From an uncultured Gemmatimonadales bacterium (GTDB taxonomy: Bacteria > Gemmatimonadota > Gemmatimonadetes > Gemmatimonadales > Gemmatimonadaceae), in NCBI GenBank assembly GCA_963850905.1, contig CAWKMU010000004.1, positions 649,698-713,697 of the forward strand: a DNA stretch of 64,000 nt, in the 5' to 3' direction. A program made the translations under genes and the position numbers. Under the pieces are notes generated by a model that worked only from the letters and a program-made list of their open reading frames with translations, did not search any database and had not been told where the DNA came from. The first letter of the stretch is position 1. Every line of letters begins with the position of its first letter. Below are positions 40,915 through 52,114 of this stretch, in pieces.

Positions 40915-42033
40915 ATGAGCGTGCGCGTTCGCTGGTCGAGCGCGCGAAGACTTCTCGCCAGTGCGTCCGCGCTGATCGGCGCCGCCGGCGGTGCGGCGTG
41001 TGAGTACGACCAATACAGCAATCCGATTACAGCGCTGCCGGTGTTCACGATCCAGCAACTCGGCGTGTTCAATGGCGGGAACGCAAGCGAAGCCACTTCG
41101 GGCTCGGCCACGATGCTCGTCGGATGGGCGGCGGACGCGGACAACCAGCGCCATGCCGTGACATTTGCCGGTGGCCGGGCCTTGCGTCTTCCTGAGCCCG
41201 CTGGGGCATCGGCCAGCGTGGCAAATGCGGTGAACGCGGCTGGCGTGATCGTCGGTGCGGCGACCATCGCCGGAATCCAGCGCGCCATCGTTTGGTCATC
41301 ACCGACGACGACGCCAACGTTCCTGCCGACCCTGGGCGGCTCTTTTTGCGTTGCGCAAAGCGTCAACGGCCAGAACATCATCGCCGGTGTGTCGCAAACC
41401 GCAGCGGGCGACACCGTGATCGTGCTTTGGCAAACGGGCAATTCTCAGTACGTCGTTGCGCCGTTCGATTCGGGTGGCGGCGTCGGCTGGCAGGCTGTGG
41501 ACGTCGACGACATCATGGACGTCGCTGGCAACTTGGGACCCGCCATGAGTGGTGCCGACGCGTTCTACGCGAACCCCGATGTCGGGGTCGACACCATCAC
41601 GCCACCTGGCGCGGGGGCCACCGTCGCCCACGGCATGAACCAACACGGAATCGTGGTCGGCGCCATCATCGCGGGTTCGGGCCCGCCGCAAGCGTTCGCG
41701 TTCACCGATGCGGCCGGGACCGACGTGCTGGGGATCCCGCCTGCCGGTTACACCGGCGTTGCGGCCAATGCGGTCACCGACAATGGCATCATCGCCGGGA
41801 CAGCGTCGACGGCCGACGCTGCCGGCAATACGTTGACCAGCATCGCCGCGATCGTGTCCGTCACCAACCTCGCAGCCACGTTCAGACCTCTCCCTACCCT
41901 CGGCGGCGGCATGACACGCGTAACTGACAATGGCGTGACGCCCTGTGGCGCGATCCTCGGCCAAGCGATGGCCACCACGACGTCGGCCGCTGTTGCAGTC
42001 GCGTGGGTCCCAGCCGGATGCACGGTGCCATGA
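40915..42033 (+). CDS. Extracellular HAF-repeat-like lipoprotein
   Basis: GAAC lipobox-like site; repeats of A-x-A-V-N-x-x-G-x-I-V-G and LPTLGG. Confidence 0.65.
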   Translation: MSVRVRWSSARRLLASASALIGAAGGAACEYDQYSNPITALPVFTIQQLGVFNGGNASEATSGSATMLVGWAADADNQRHAVTFAGGRALRLPEPAGASASVANAVNAAGVIVGAATIAGIQRAIVWSSPTTTPTFLPTLGGSFCVAQSVNGQNIIAGVSQTAAGDTVIVLWQTGNSQYVVAPFDSGGGVGWQAVDVDDIMDVAGNLGPAMSGADAFYANPDVGVDTITPPGAGATVAHGMNQHGIVVGAIIAGSGPPQAFAFTDAAGTDVLGIPPAGYTGVAANAVTDNGIIAGTASTADAAGNTLTSIAAIVSVTNLAATFRPLPTLGGGMTRVTDNGVTPCGAILGQAMATTTSAAVAVAWVPAGCTVP

Positions 42034-44253
42034 TACGACGCGAGCACATTCTGGATGGCGTGATCAGAGCGACGGTCGTGCGCGGCTGGCGCGCTCTCAT
42101 CTCGGGAGTTGGCTCGACGATCGCCATCGTATCCTTCGTCGGTGCGCAGCAGCCAGCTCCCCCGCACGATTCCACGACTCGGACCGACACCACGCGACGC
42201 GGCCAACTGCCTTCTGTCGTCGTCAGCGGCACCCGGCTCTCCGACGTCAATCCACACGTGCCCTCAACCATTGAGTCTCTCGATCTGCACACGGCACCTA
42301 TCGCGAGCCCTGGGGCGCTCAGCGACGCGATGCTCGAACTTCCGGGCGTAAGCATGTACGACGACCAAGGGGCGCGTCTCCAACCCGAGATCGAGGTGCG
42401 CGGCTTCACCTCGTCATCGGTCGTCGGCACGCCACAGGGGATCGGGGTGTTCCTGAACGGCATCCGGGTCAATGAACCCGACGCTCAGGAGGTTGACTAC
42501 GACCTTCTTCCCTCGGCCGCCATCGATCACGCGACTCTCGATCGCGGATCCAACGTGCTCTTCGGGCGGAACTCGCTCGGCGGCACCTTGCTCATGACCA
42601 CGAAGCGGGGCGATGAAACGCCCGAGGCCACTGCCGAGCTCGGGATCGGATCGTGGGGCGATCAGTTGGCGACGGTGACTGCGAGTGGCAGGCAAAGCGG
42701 CCTCGATGCCTTCGTCGCAGCGACGGGAGAGAACGAGGTCGGTTGGAAGGGCGTATCCTCAGCAAACACCCGCAATGTGTTCGCCACCATTGGATACCAG
42801 TGGGGCCCATCGCACGAGAGTGGCGACATTGCATTGGATGTCCTCTACGGCCACGATAAGATCTTTCAGGTCGGCTCGCTCCCCGTGGTGTACGCTGGCA
42901 TCAACCCGCGGTACGACTTCGGACCAGGCGACGACTTCAGCCCGGAGGCCCTGGATCTTGACCTGCGTGGCAACTCCGTTGCGCTCGGCGGCATCCTACG
43001 CGCGACGCTGTTCGCTCGACGCAACGTCATCGGGCAGTTCAACAGCATCATTCCGCCGCCGGACATCGACGACAACACACAGAACCTGAGTGGTGGCACG
43101 ACGGTGGAGTGGACGCGACCACTGTTGATCAAGTCTGTGCCGATCGGTTTCACGGTTGGCACCGAGTACTCGCGCGAGTCCTCGGCGATCCGCGTGCTCA
43201 ATGTGCTTGCCGGCCCATTGGTCGTCACGACCCTGGCGACGATCCACCAAGACAATGCCGCCGCGTACTCCCAGGCGGTGGCGTCCATCACGCGTCGCGT
43301 CGACATCACGGCTGGCCTGCGGTACGACTACGTGCACATCCCATATCGCGACGGACTCGACGCTGCGAACAATGGCACCAGCTCGTACAACCGCGTCTCA
43401 CCAGAGATTGGGGTGACGGACCGATTCACTGATTTTCTCACCGGGTACGTGGCCTACAAGGGCGGGTTCCGTGCGCCGGCCCCGTTGGAATTGGCGTGTG
43501 CGGATCCCACAGCCCCGTGCAGTCTCCCGTCCGCGCTTGGGACCGACCCCACGCTCAAACCGGTCACGACGCGGGATTACGAAGGTGGGGTCACGCTCCA
43601 GGCCAACGGTCGCACGAGCCTCCAAGCGGATGCGTTCTGGACCGACGTGTTCAACGACATCGTATTTGCCTCGCCGAATCGTATCCAGACCTTTTACCTC
43701 AATGCGCCCGAGACGCGCCGCGCGGGAGTCGAAACATCCGCGATCGTCGGCCTGCCCCAAGGCGCCTATCTGACAGCGTCCTATAGCTACATCGCGGCGA
43801 CGTTCCAGAGCGTGGTCGCCATTCTCGTCTGCCAACCCCAATGAGCAGCCGACGAAACCCGGCGACTTCTTGCCCTCCTCGCCGCTCAATCGCGGCCGCA
43901 TCGGCATTGGCCTACTCCGCCCGCTCAAGTTCCTGCTCGTGAACGCCGAGTTCGCCATCCACGGATTTTCGTCGCAGTACCTCCGAGGAGACGAGGCGAA
44001 CCAACTGCCTCAGCTTCCAGGTTACACAATCGCGGAGATCCGCGGACACATTGACTACAAGCGCTTCGGGGCAAAGTTCGAGATCGAGAACCTGTTCAAC
44101 AGGCAATATGACACGTTCGGCGTCGTCGCCCAGAACAACCTGATCCCGATCTACTCGCAACTGCCACTGGCTGACCCCGACGCGCCGATCGTGCCGTTTG
44201 TCACAACCGGCTTTCCGCGCCGCGTCGTCGTGACATTCAGCGTGCGTTACTGA
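42030..44253 (+). pseudogene. TonB-dependent receptor, frameshifted at ~43825
   Basis: LPSVVVSGTR box, plug QGIGVFLNGIRVNEP/FGRNSLGG; C-terminal ENLFNRQYDTFG...FSVRY lies in another frame (43870-44253). Confidence 0.85.
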
Positions 44254-44325
44254 GCAATCAAGCGCGGCTAGAAGGGTCCGTTCGAGTTCCTCCATTGATC
44301 ACGGCGCACAGCTCGCGTCGACAGC

Positions 44326-44376
44326 GAGGAACATGATGAAGCAGCGCAATTCAGCCGGTTCGGAGGTCCCGAGGTC
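44326..44376 (+). pseudogene. 5' stub of an MDR/NADP oxidoreductase gene
   Basis: GAGGA RBS, ATG, then (one base missing) AAQFSRFGGPEV. Confidence 0.55.
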
Positions 44377-44397
44377 GCGTCGCCGCGCGATGCTCAC

Positions 44398-46278
44398 CTA
44401 CTTGATGCTCAGCACCGCGCGATAAATCTCGCTTTGTGATGGCGAGCGGGTAGCCATTGGCACGAGTGTATACCCAGGGTGCGGGTCGAGGGCCAGGGTG
44501 ACCGGCACTGGGCGGAGGACCTCGTGGTGAACCACCGTGAAGACGACCCGGTCGCCTGGGTGATGAGCGCTCAGCGTATGCTCGATGCCAGACCGGTCGA
44601 GAGCGTGGTCGTCCAGCGCGACCACGATGTCGCCGCGATCGAGACCGTCTCGCTCCGCTGGACTCCCAGGGATGATGTTGCTGACGACCGTCTGCCCATC
44701 GCGCGTCGTTGCCAGCACAAGCCCGGACCAGCCCCCTGACGAGGAGAGCCGGTTCACGTTGATCCCTGCGTACCCGAAATCGCGCTCGTACGGCAGGGGA
44801 TCCTTGCCGAAGAGGTAGCGGCGGAAAAAGTCGCTCATGTCCGTACCAGCGACCTCGGACGCGACGCGGACCACGTCCTTCTCCTCGAACCCGGGCTTGG
44901 GCAGCGCGTAGCCCTCGTACATCGCGCGCATCCAAGCGTCCAGGGACTTCTGGTTGTTGGTGTGCTGGCGAATCTCGAGGTCCAGCAGCACACCCAGCGC
45001 CTCGCCTGCGTCGTAGTACGAATAGTTGGTATTGATGATGTTGGTGGGGGTGAGGTTGGTCACCCCTTGGAGCGCACTGCCGCCGATGTACCCGAACCAC
45101 GTATCCCAGCTGGCGTCGGCGATGCTGCGTTCGGCGCGCCCGGGCATCGCATCCACTGTGCTGATCAGTCGACTCACATGGCCCAGGTATCGCTGCGGCG
45201 TCCAAAAGCCGGCGCGGAGCGCCGCGACCGAGGTGTAGTACTGCGTCAAACCTTCGGCGATCCACAGCGATGGTGTATGGACCATCTGGGTGTAGTCGAA
45301 CGGGCCCAGGGACCGGGGCCGGAGTCGTTTCACGTTCCAGGCATGGAACAGCTCGTGCACCGCCGTGAGCACCTTGCCGTCGTACACGTTGATCATGTCA
45401 CCGCGCGTCGTCGGCGTGCTGTCTCCCCAGTCGCTCGTGTAGTTGAGCTTCGTGGAGTTCAGGTGCTCGGTGCCGCCGGCGAGACCGGTTTCATGCACGA
45501 CGTGGATGAGGAACCAGTACTCGGCAAACGGAGCGGGGCGCGGGCCTCCGACCGCCGGCGCCAAGATGGGCACGAGTCCATCTTCGACAATGTGCTGCAC
45601 GTCCCGGGTGAACTGCGTGTAGTCTTGCTTGTCCATCTCGTCATGGACGACGAAGTGGTACGTCGTGCCGAGGACGGTGACGTCCTTCTCCGTGAACGGC
45701 GCGATCTCGATCGGACAGTCGGCAAACCAGTCGTAATCGGCGGCGCGGAATCCCGTCGGCCCGGTCTTCTCGAGTCCCGTGGCTATCTTCCAGTCCGCGG
45801 GGAGCCGTGAGGTATCGATCGTGAGGGTGATCGGCCGCTCCTTGGCACCGACTTGATACATCCAGAGGTCCGGGCCGTTTATGGCTACGTGGCGATCGTC
45901 GTATTGGACCGTGGCGAGCCAATTCGCATACACCTGATATCGAATGATCGCCGCGGTCGCGCCGTTGAGGTCTATTTCCCAGCTTTGGGCATCGGTCTTG
46001 TGCCAGGAAAGCGCGCGGCCCGCGCTGTCGGTGGCGCGAAAGTCCTGGACTTCCGCGGCGAAGTTGCGCACCACGTAGGAGCCGGGAGACCAGACGGCCA
46101 TCGAGAAGAGCACCACGCTCCCGACGAGTCCGCTGGTGTGAATGGTCACGTCCAAGAGGTGTGTGTTCCATCGCTCGAAACCGAGCTCGTAGCGGAGCGG
46201 CGTCGCCGCGGAGCAGATAGCGGCCGTAAAGGGGATGAGCGTGACACCCCGGACGATCCTAGCGACATAGCGCATCAT
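44398..46278 (-). CDS. M61 family metallopeptidase with PDZ domain (second paralog)
   Basis: VWSPGSY, GGTEHLNS, VHELFHAWNVKRLRP, LWIAEGLTQYY, PDZ. Confidence 0.92.
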   Translation of the reverse strand: MMRYVARIVRGVTLIPFTAAICSAATPLRYELGFERWNTHLLDVTIHTSGLVGSVVLFSMAVWSPGSYVVRNFAAEVQDFRATDSAGRALSWHKTDAQSWEIDLNGATAAIIRYQVYANWLATVQYDDRHVAINGPDLWMYQVGAKERPITLTIDTSRLPADWKIATGLEKTGPTGFRAADYDWFADCPIEIAPFTEKDVTVLGTTYHFVVHDEMDKQDYTQFTRDVQHIVEDGLVPILAPAVGGPRPAPFAEYWFLIHVVHETGLAGGTEHLNSTKLNYTSDWGDSTPTTRGDMINVYDGKVLTAVHELFHAWNVKRLRPRSLGPFDYTQMVHTPSLWIAEGLTQYYTSVAALRAGFWTPQRYLGHVSRLISTVDAMPGRAERSIADASWDTWFGYIGGSALQGVTNLTPTNIINTNYSYYDAGEALGVLLDLEIRQHTNNQKSLDAWMRAMYEGYALPKPGFEEKDVVRVASEVAGTDMSDFFRRYLFGKDPLPYERDFGYAGINVNRLSSSGGWSGLVLATTRDGQTVVSNIIPGSPAERDGLDRGDIVVALDDHALDRSGIEHTLSAHHPGDRVVFTVVHHEVLRPVPVTLALDPHPGYTLVPMATRSPSQSEIYRAVLSIK

Positions 46279-46404
46279 CCCTCCAGCCATTCTGGTCGAG
46301 CGAAACGCACAACAATGGATCCCCATCCTTGAATCCACAAGCCAGTGCGGCTTCGGCTACACAGCGACCATCAAGCAGACCAGGTCACACGTTCCCGTGG
46401 CGAT

Positions 46405-47241
46405 TTATTGCACTGCCTGCACCATCGCCACAATTTCGCTGACGACGAGGTCGGGTCTGTCGCGCATGATGTAGTGACCGCTGCCGGTGGCGAACACGCC
46501 TCGGCGCCCCGCAGCAGCTTTGTCGAACAGCTTGTGCGCGGCAATCCACTCGGTGTCGTCCGGCGGTGGCATCGGGGGCTTCTCAGCCACGATATCCGTG
46601 ATGCGGAGACCAGCCGGCCAATTCACGCCGCGCATGGTGCGTACTGTCTCCGGGAAGCCATTCAGCACTTTCTCCATCGTGGTAAATGTTTCCGGATCCT
46701 CCTTCCTGAGCTGCTCGCGCTGCGCTGCCCGCCCTCCCATCAACCGGTCGACGACACTATCCGTAAAGAATGATGCGAGGTTCGGGTCGATCAGCACGGC
46801 GCCCCTTACGACGGTGGGATTGCGCGCCGCAAACAGGGCTGCGAGAAAGCCCCCGTACGAGTGCGCGACGAGGATCACGTCGCCATCGATCCCCAATTGC
46901 TTCAACCCTCGTTCAAGAGCCTTGACCTCCTGGGTAATGCTGTACGGCCCCGGGTCGGCGTCGCTCTGTCCGAGCCCTGCCCGGTCGTATGTGATCATGC
47001 GCGCTCCGGTTCTGCGTCTCACGTCGCGCGCGGTATTGCTCCATACCGAAGAGTTGTCTCCGCCGCCGGCCTCGAATACGATCGTCGGCGGTTTGCCGGT
47101 CGCGACATGGAACTGGAGGCGATACCCGCCAACGTCGACTTTCTGGTCTTGGAATGCGACCGAGTCTTGTCCCTGCGCAACGCGCACCAACAAAAGCAGC
47201 AACGACACGCCTGCAACACGACCGATTCTTTTCATGCCCAT
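46405..47241 (-). CDS. Secreted alpha/beta hydrolase
   Basis: Signal peptide, YDRAGLGQS, AHSYGG, SGHYI. Confidence 0.88.
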   Translation of the reverse strand: MGMKRIGRVAGVSLLLLLVRVAQGQDSVAFQDQKVDVGGYRLQFHVATGKPPTIVFEAGGGDNSSVWSNTARDVRRRTGARMITYDRAGLGQSDADPGPYSITQEVKALERGLKQLGIDGDVILVAHSYGGFLAALFAARNPTVVRGAVLIDPNLASFFTDSVVDRLMGGRAAQREQLRKEDPETFTTMEKVLNGFPETVRTMRGVNWPAGLRITDIVAEKPPMPPPDDTEWIAAHKLFDKAAAGRRGVFATGSGHYIMRDRPDLVVSEIVAMVQAVQ

Positions 47242-47659
47242 GCTGATCTCTGGTCAGGGTGACGGGGACGGGAGCGCGGGGTCGCCGTGGTGAACGGCTA
47301 CACAGCGCGGGATACGGGCGCAAGAGCCGCCCGCGATCTCAGGCCAGAAGTACATCAACGTTGCAGTGATCGCCGTTCCCAACGCACGCGACGAGCAACG
47401 CGCGCGCTTCAGTGGCAGAGAGTGGACTCTCTCGACAGACGACATTGGTGCGAGATGGAGTAAGGTGCCGATGAGTCGCACCCGACCCCCAACAACACGC
47501 GAGTGTACGCAGTAGATGATGGTAGCACTCCGCGAATCGGGACGTCCCCGCGGAGGCTGCAGCCGAACACTCGCCACCATGACAACACGGCGTGAGTTCC
47601 GCGCACTCATTCTGCCAATGAACAACAGCGCCGTGACGGGTATGGTCACGATGGCGCCG

Positions 47660-48058
47660 GCCGGCGTCTGTGCGCACGACCTGCTGCGTGATGGCCGCGA
47701 CGCCAAGCACAACTCCCGATGCTCTGGGTACCGCCCCGGGTGCGACGATCACAAGAGTGGACGTCGCCACGACGTGATCGGCGTCATCACTCGCCGCTAG
47801 CATGGCATTGAGGGTGAGATGTACGGACGCGGGCCCCTCGCGGGCCCAGATGGGCCCGACCGATTCAACGATTGCCGCCTGCCCGTCATGGCGCCCTTGT
47901 GCGCCGTCGAGAACCGCGTCGGGGACAAAAAGATTCGCGTACGCGGCCACGTCCCGCTGACTGGCGGCAGAGTCGGCTTTGGCGAGGAGTTCGAGGATGT
48001 CGAGGCGGTCTGACGCTGAAAGCTCAGCCGTACGGTGGTGGTGGAGGCGCTTCGGCAT
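47660..48058 (-). pseudogene. SnoaL/NTF2-like protein, apparently 3'-truncated
   Basis: SASDRLDILELLA..YANLFVPDAVL..HLTLN..VRTDAG; the expected GW-x-I-x-x-R end is missing and the frame runs into unrelated sequence to 47339. Confidence 0.6.
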
Positions 48059-48270
48059 GCAGGAGAACCGGCTCGGTGGATATACCGCAACTGCCCGATA
48101 CCGCGCAATGTGTCGCGATCTGCGCGTCTGGAACAGAGTGCTGGCGCTGACGCGTCGGAGCGATGAACTTGACCGGAATGGTCGCTCGGTCGCGGCACAG
48201 ACTGCAAGAGGCATTTTCGCGGCCGACGCCGTAACAGTGCGACTCCCAGGCTAAGACGGAGCATTCGTCA

Positions 48271-49296
48271 ATGAAACAGGGCACAGAGCTTGGTGCGACT
48301 TCGCAAGTACACGAGCTCCCGTCGACCGCGGACACAGTTCGTGTGGGTGCGATGGATCCTGCTGCGCGTCCCGTTCTCGAGATCGAATCGGGCGACGTCG
48401 TGCACTATTCCAACACGTGGCTCAATTGGGGCAACGAGCCGAAGTACGGCATGTCTTTCGCCGAGCGCGAACCGATCCGCAAGCGCTATCCCCAGGGACC
48501 GTTCTCACTCGTGGGGCCCGTCGCAGTCCGGGGCGCTCAACCGGGCGATGCCATCGAATGTCGAATGCTGCGCATCAGGCCCATCGATTGGGGCTGGAAT
48601 TCGGCGCCACTCGGCGTGGGCGCTCTGCCCTCGGATTTCACGACCTCGTACCTGCAATACTTCCGCTTCGATGCCGACCGTCGTTACGCAGATTTCGGCA
48701 AAGGGGTGCGCATCCCCTTGTCCCCCGTGCAAAGCGTGCTGGCCACACAGCCCTCCGGCAACGCGCCGGTCAGTGCGTTGCTGGTTGGGCGGTACGGAGG
48801 AATGGTCGCTCTCCGGGAGCTCACTGTGGCAAGCGCGTTGTTCTTGCCAGTCGAGGTAGAGGGTGCGCGCATTTGGACTGGCGGCTCATGGGCGGCGGTT
48901 GGCGACGGGGTGGTCGACAACACGGCCATTGAAACCGCGATGGAGGACCTCCGCATCCAGTATGTCCTGCACAAGCGGGCGTCGCTCGACGGTCCGGTTG
49001 CTGAAACGGACACACACTGGATCGTGCTTGGATTCGATGCGACCCTCGACGGTGCGCTCACCGCGGCCCTCAGGAGGACCATCGCGTGGTTGAGCTCCGC
49101 TACATTGCTGTCCGAACAGGAGGTCTATGCGCTTTGCAGCATCGTTGGCGATTTCCGCGTCTCGCAATACTCGCATCAAGTGAACACGATCTACGCGTCG
49201 AAGCAGCCGCAGGCGATGTACGCAGCCATTCCCAAAAGAGTATTTGACGCTGACACCGCGGAGCGCATCGCTGCCTCGTTGGGCGCAGTGGTTTGA
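48271..49296 (+). CDS. Acetamidase/formamidase family protein
   Basis: PVLEIESGD, LVGPVAVRGAQPGD, LFLPVEVEGA, GDGVVDNTAIE. Confidence 0.85.
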   Translation: MKQGTELGATSQVHELPSTADTVRVGAMDPAARPVLEIESGDVVHYSNTWLNWGNEPKYGMSFAEREPIRKRYPQGPFSLVGPVAVRGAQPGDAIECRMLRIRPIDWGWNSAPLGVGALPSDFTTSYLQYFRFDADRRYADFGKGVRIPLSPVQSVLATQPSGNAPVSALLVGRYGGMVALRELTVASALFLPVEVEGARIWTGGSWAAVGDGVVDNTAIETAMEDLRIQYVLHKRASLDGPVAETDTHWIVLGFDATLDGALTAALRRTIAWLSSATLLSEQEVYALCSIVGDFRVSQYSHQVNTIYASKQPQAMYAAIPKRVFDADTAERIAASLGAVV

Positions 49297-49309
49297 TCGA
49301 CGAGGCAGA

Positions 49310-49465
49310 TCGCTGTATGTCGATCTGTGCGGTGCGAGCGCCGCCCTGCTTGGCGACTTCGGCGACTGCCCGAGCCGCGCCTATCTGCGCGTCGTCGTAG
49401 GCTTGCTTCGAGATTGCGTTGATCTCGACCAACTCCCCGTAGCGGCGCGCAAGCGCTGCGCTCGA
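49310..49465 (-). pseudogene. Internal fragment of an AcrA-like RND membrane-fusion protein
   Basis: ARRYGELVEINAISKQAYDDAQ...ARTAQID matches the alpha-hairpin signature. Confidence 0.6.
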
Positions 49466-49477
49466 GGCAATTGCGGC

Positions 49478-50299
49478 TTACTGCGCCGTATGGACCAAGG
49501 TGTACCCGGCAGGCATCGCGAAGACGCTAGCTGGTGGGTCGCCTCGCGAGATGTTGGTAGCCCGCATGATCATGGCCATCGACATCGGCTTCCCTTGGTT
49601 CACCTGGATCTGCGTCTGCGTCCGCATCAGGAGTGGCACCCCTGGCATTGCCTGCGTGAAAGCGGCGCTGCGCTTCGCGCCGTACGCCGAGTCACCCGTG
49701 ACTTGCGCAAACGTGCTCGGGCTGAATTGGCCGGCGGCTAGGCTTGTGCCGAATTCCGGTGCGCTGTAGACGTCGTACGTGCTCTTGGAGGAGGTTGTCC
49801 CACCAATCACAACGTTGTCGACCACTCGCCAATGTTGAACTGGGATCCCCTCGATGCTGCTGTCAGGCTGCACGCGCTGAGCCGAAACCTCCACGTTCGT
49901 GTACTGCACGTGCCCGATCGCCTTGTGAGCGGTGGGGGCGACCACGATCCAATACCTTTTCTGGCTGGGATCCAGTAGGAGAGTCGTATCGCTTCCCTTC
50001 TTGCTCAGCGAGTACGTGCCGGGAACAAGCATTGGCGGCTTGTCACCCGTCGGGGCAGTGCGCGGGGTCGGTGACCCGTTTGGCAGGACGTCGCCTCGCA
50101 GCAAGCCAGTGCTATTCATTTGCAACTTCACCACCATCATGACACTGGGAGTGGGCTCGTCCGCCGATGTCGACGACGTCGTCATTGTCAGCGTCAGGCC
50201 CTTGCCGCTCTGCAGGCCGCGAGCGGACGACGCGGGCGCCGCCAGACCGAGGAGGAGCAGGGCCGCCGCAGGCGCCACGCGGCGCAATCGATACTTCAT
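49478..50299 (-). CDS. Secreted DUF4412-like protein
   Basis: Signal peptide, LLDPSQKRY, GVPL, PPASVFAMPAGY C-terminus. Confidence 0.7.
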   Translation of the reverse strand: MKYRLRRVAPAAALLLLGLAAPASSARGLQSGKGLTLTMTTSSTSADEPTPSVMMVVKLQMNSTGLLRGDVLPNGSPTPRTAPTGDKPPMLVPGTYSLSKKGSDTTLLLDPSQKRYWIVVAPTAHKAIGHVQYTNVEVSAQRVQPDSSIEGIPVQHWRVVDNVVIGGTTSSKSTYDVYSAPEFGTSLAAGQFSPSTFAQVTGDSAYGAKRSAAFTQAMPGVPLLMRTQTQIQVNQGKPMSMAMIMRATNISRGDPPASVFAMPAGYTLVHTAQ

Positions 50300-50589
50300 T
50301 GTGTGTCTCTCCGGTTGGTTACAGGATCTGAGTCACGGTCGCCCTGAGCACCGCCGCGGCCGCGCGACGGTTGCGCGTCTCGGTTTGTCGGAGATCGCTG
50401 TGCTCGTTGCGCTCTTGGGCGGCTGAACTATACAGAAACGTACACAGCCCGTACGTAGAACGGTGGGCCGACCAGCATCGTGCCAGCGAATCGTGCAGGG
50501 ATCTGGCGCCATCACTTGGTGACCACGCCTCGCGAAGGGTTGTGGTGGCCGTTGAGCCGCACGCGGTTGTGGCCCGGGTGGGGGCGGGA

Positions 50590-51198
50590 CTAAGCAACCG
50601 TCTCCGCGGGGGCCAGAATCATTACAGCGGCAAGTGCCGCATTCTTGTGATCCTTGGTCCAGGGTGGGCCGAGAGAGCGTCCCAGGCTCGAGATCGCGCG
50701 CTGCACTCGGCTCGCCGCCTTCCCGAACGCCGCCTTAGCCAGTTCATCGAGTTCTCGCTCTCGCATTGGCGTAACGGCAATGTTCAAACGTTCACACGCC
50801 TTCGTGACAGCCTGGCGGAAGGATATGCCTTCCGCCGTATGACGCAGCGGGTGCGACCCGAGAATGTGCGGAAGAGGCGGCAGAGGCCGACCTGAGGCCA
50901 TGAGTACCGCAGAGCCTACGACTCGATAGTGGCGCCCGCGCAATTCCCGGAGAACTTCCCCGATAGCCGTTAAAGCCAAGCGCTCCGAGACGGCTGCACA
51001 CTTCACGAGGTATTCCTCCGCCTCTGGGAATGCGAGTCTCGCTGCATGATGATAGGGCTGGTTGGCCCCGGGGATTCTCGGATCGCTGGTGACGATGCGT
51101 CTCCGGTCCACTAGCTCCACCGAGTGGGCCTCTCCCGAAATAACCACCAGCACTCCCCAGCCGGAATGCATCCGAAGACCGATTGTTGCGGGTTTCAT
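50590..51198 (-). CDS. Conserved hypothetical protein
   Basis: GLRMHSGWG, DRRRI, QPYHHA, SHPLRHTAEG, GPPWTKDHKNAALAA. Confidence 0.75.
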   Translation of the reverse strand: MKPATIGLRMHSGWGVLVVISGEAHSVELVDRRRIVTSDPRIPGANQPYHHAARLAFPEAEEYLVKCAAVSERLALTAIGEVLRELRGRHYRVVGSAVLMASGRPLPPLPHILGSHPLRHTAEGISFRQAVTKACERLNIAVTPMRERELDELAKAAFGKAASRVQRAISSLGRSLGPPWTKDHKNAALAAVMILAPAETVA

Positions 51199-51565
51199 GC
51201 GTGACCTGTGCCGGAGAGGCTACGCGCGAGTTGACAGAACTCGGGGCCGATAGGCGGTACTGTTCACTATGAAGATGTGCGATTCACAGGACAGTGGACA
51301 GCGGAACTCACAGGCTCTCCTCGACCAGCGGCCTTCTATCTATATGATGGTGACGGATGCTGGGATTCGCGATGGGCTTGGTCGCCGGCTTAAGCGACGC
51401 GTAGGCCTCTCGCGGATCCATGACAGGCGGAAGGAGGATTTGGCCACTTCAAGTCGCGCAAGGGGAGGTCAAGCACCGCGGAGGTTCAAGCATCTACGAC
51501 AGTGATCGCCTATTAGTTGACGTGCTCGTTAGCGCACCCTAAACAATCAACGAAGGGAGCACTGC

Positions 51566-52001
51566 ATGGCCGCTGCTGATCGGGCCACTCTCGCGAACAG
51601 CGTCGTCGCCATTGGCGAAAATGCTGTTGCGAAGAGTAAACGCGCTGCTCGATAATTACTTCGCCGATAATTACCGTCTGCATAGCCCAGCAGGTGACTT
51701 CAACCGCGCCGAGATCAAGGCCTACTTCTCTGCGTTGCGCAACAGCTTCACTGGCTTCACGATCAGCCGAGCGCAGATCTTCGTGGATGGCAACTTCGTC
51801 ATCGCCCGCACAGTGATGGCAGGCCGCTTCGACAAGGAGTTCGCCTACAGGCCTGTCGGCACCGTCCAACCCAACGGTAAACAGGTGCGGTGGGAGCTAA
51901 TCAACATTTTCCGCTACACCGACGAGGGCCGTCTCGTCGAGGAGTGGGTGCAAACAGATACCTACGAGTTCCTCCGACAGCTGGGCGCAGTCGGGCGGTG
52001 A
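51566..52001 (+). CDS. Ester cyclase/SnoaL-like protein, probable frameshift near 51635
   Basis: RBS GAAGGGAG and ATG 51566 are out of frame with LLDNYFA...PNGKQVRWELINIFRY..GRLVEEW. Confidence 0.7.
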
Positions 52002-52114
52002 ATCGTCAACGAGTGCCGCGCCAGACCCTCGCCCCACTCTCTCTCCGGTCGCGACCTAGCCGTCGTCACCGTCGCCAGAAAGGCGGCGCTGTTATTCGGC
52101 CTGGACAGACCCAG

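Noticed and set aside
51260..51510. Possible small gene or RNA upstream of the ester cyclase
   Set aside because: No supportable homology or structure by eye
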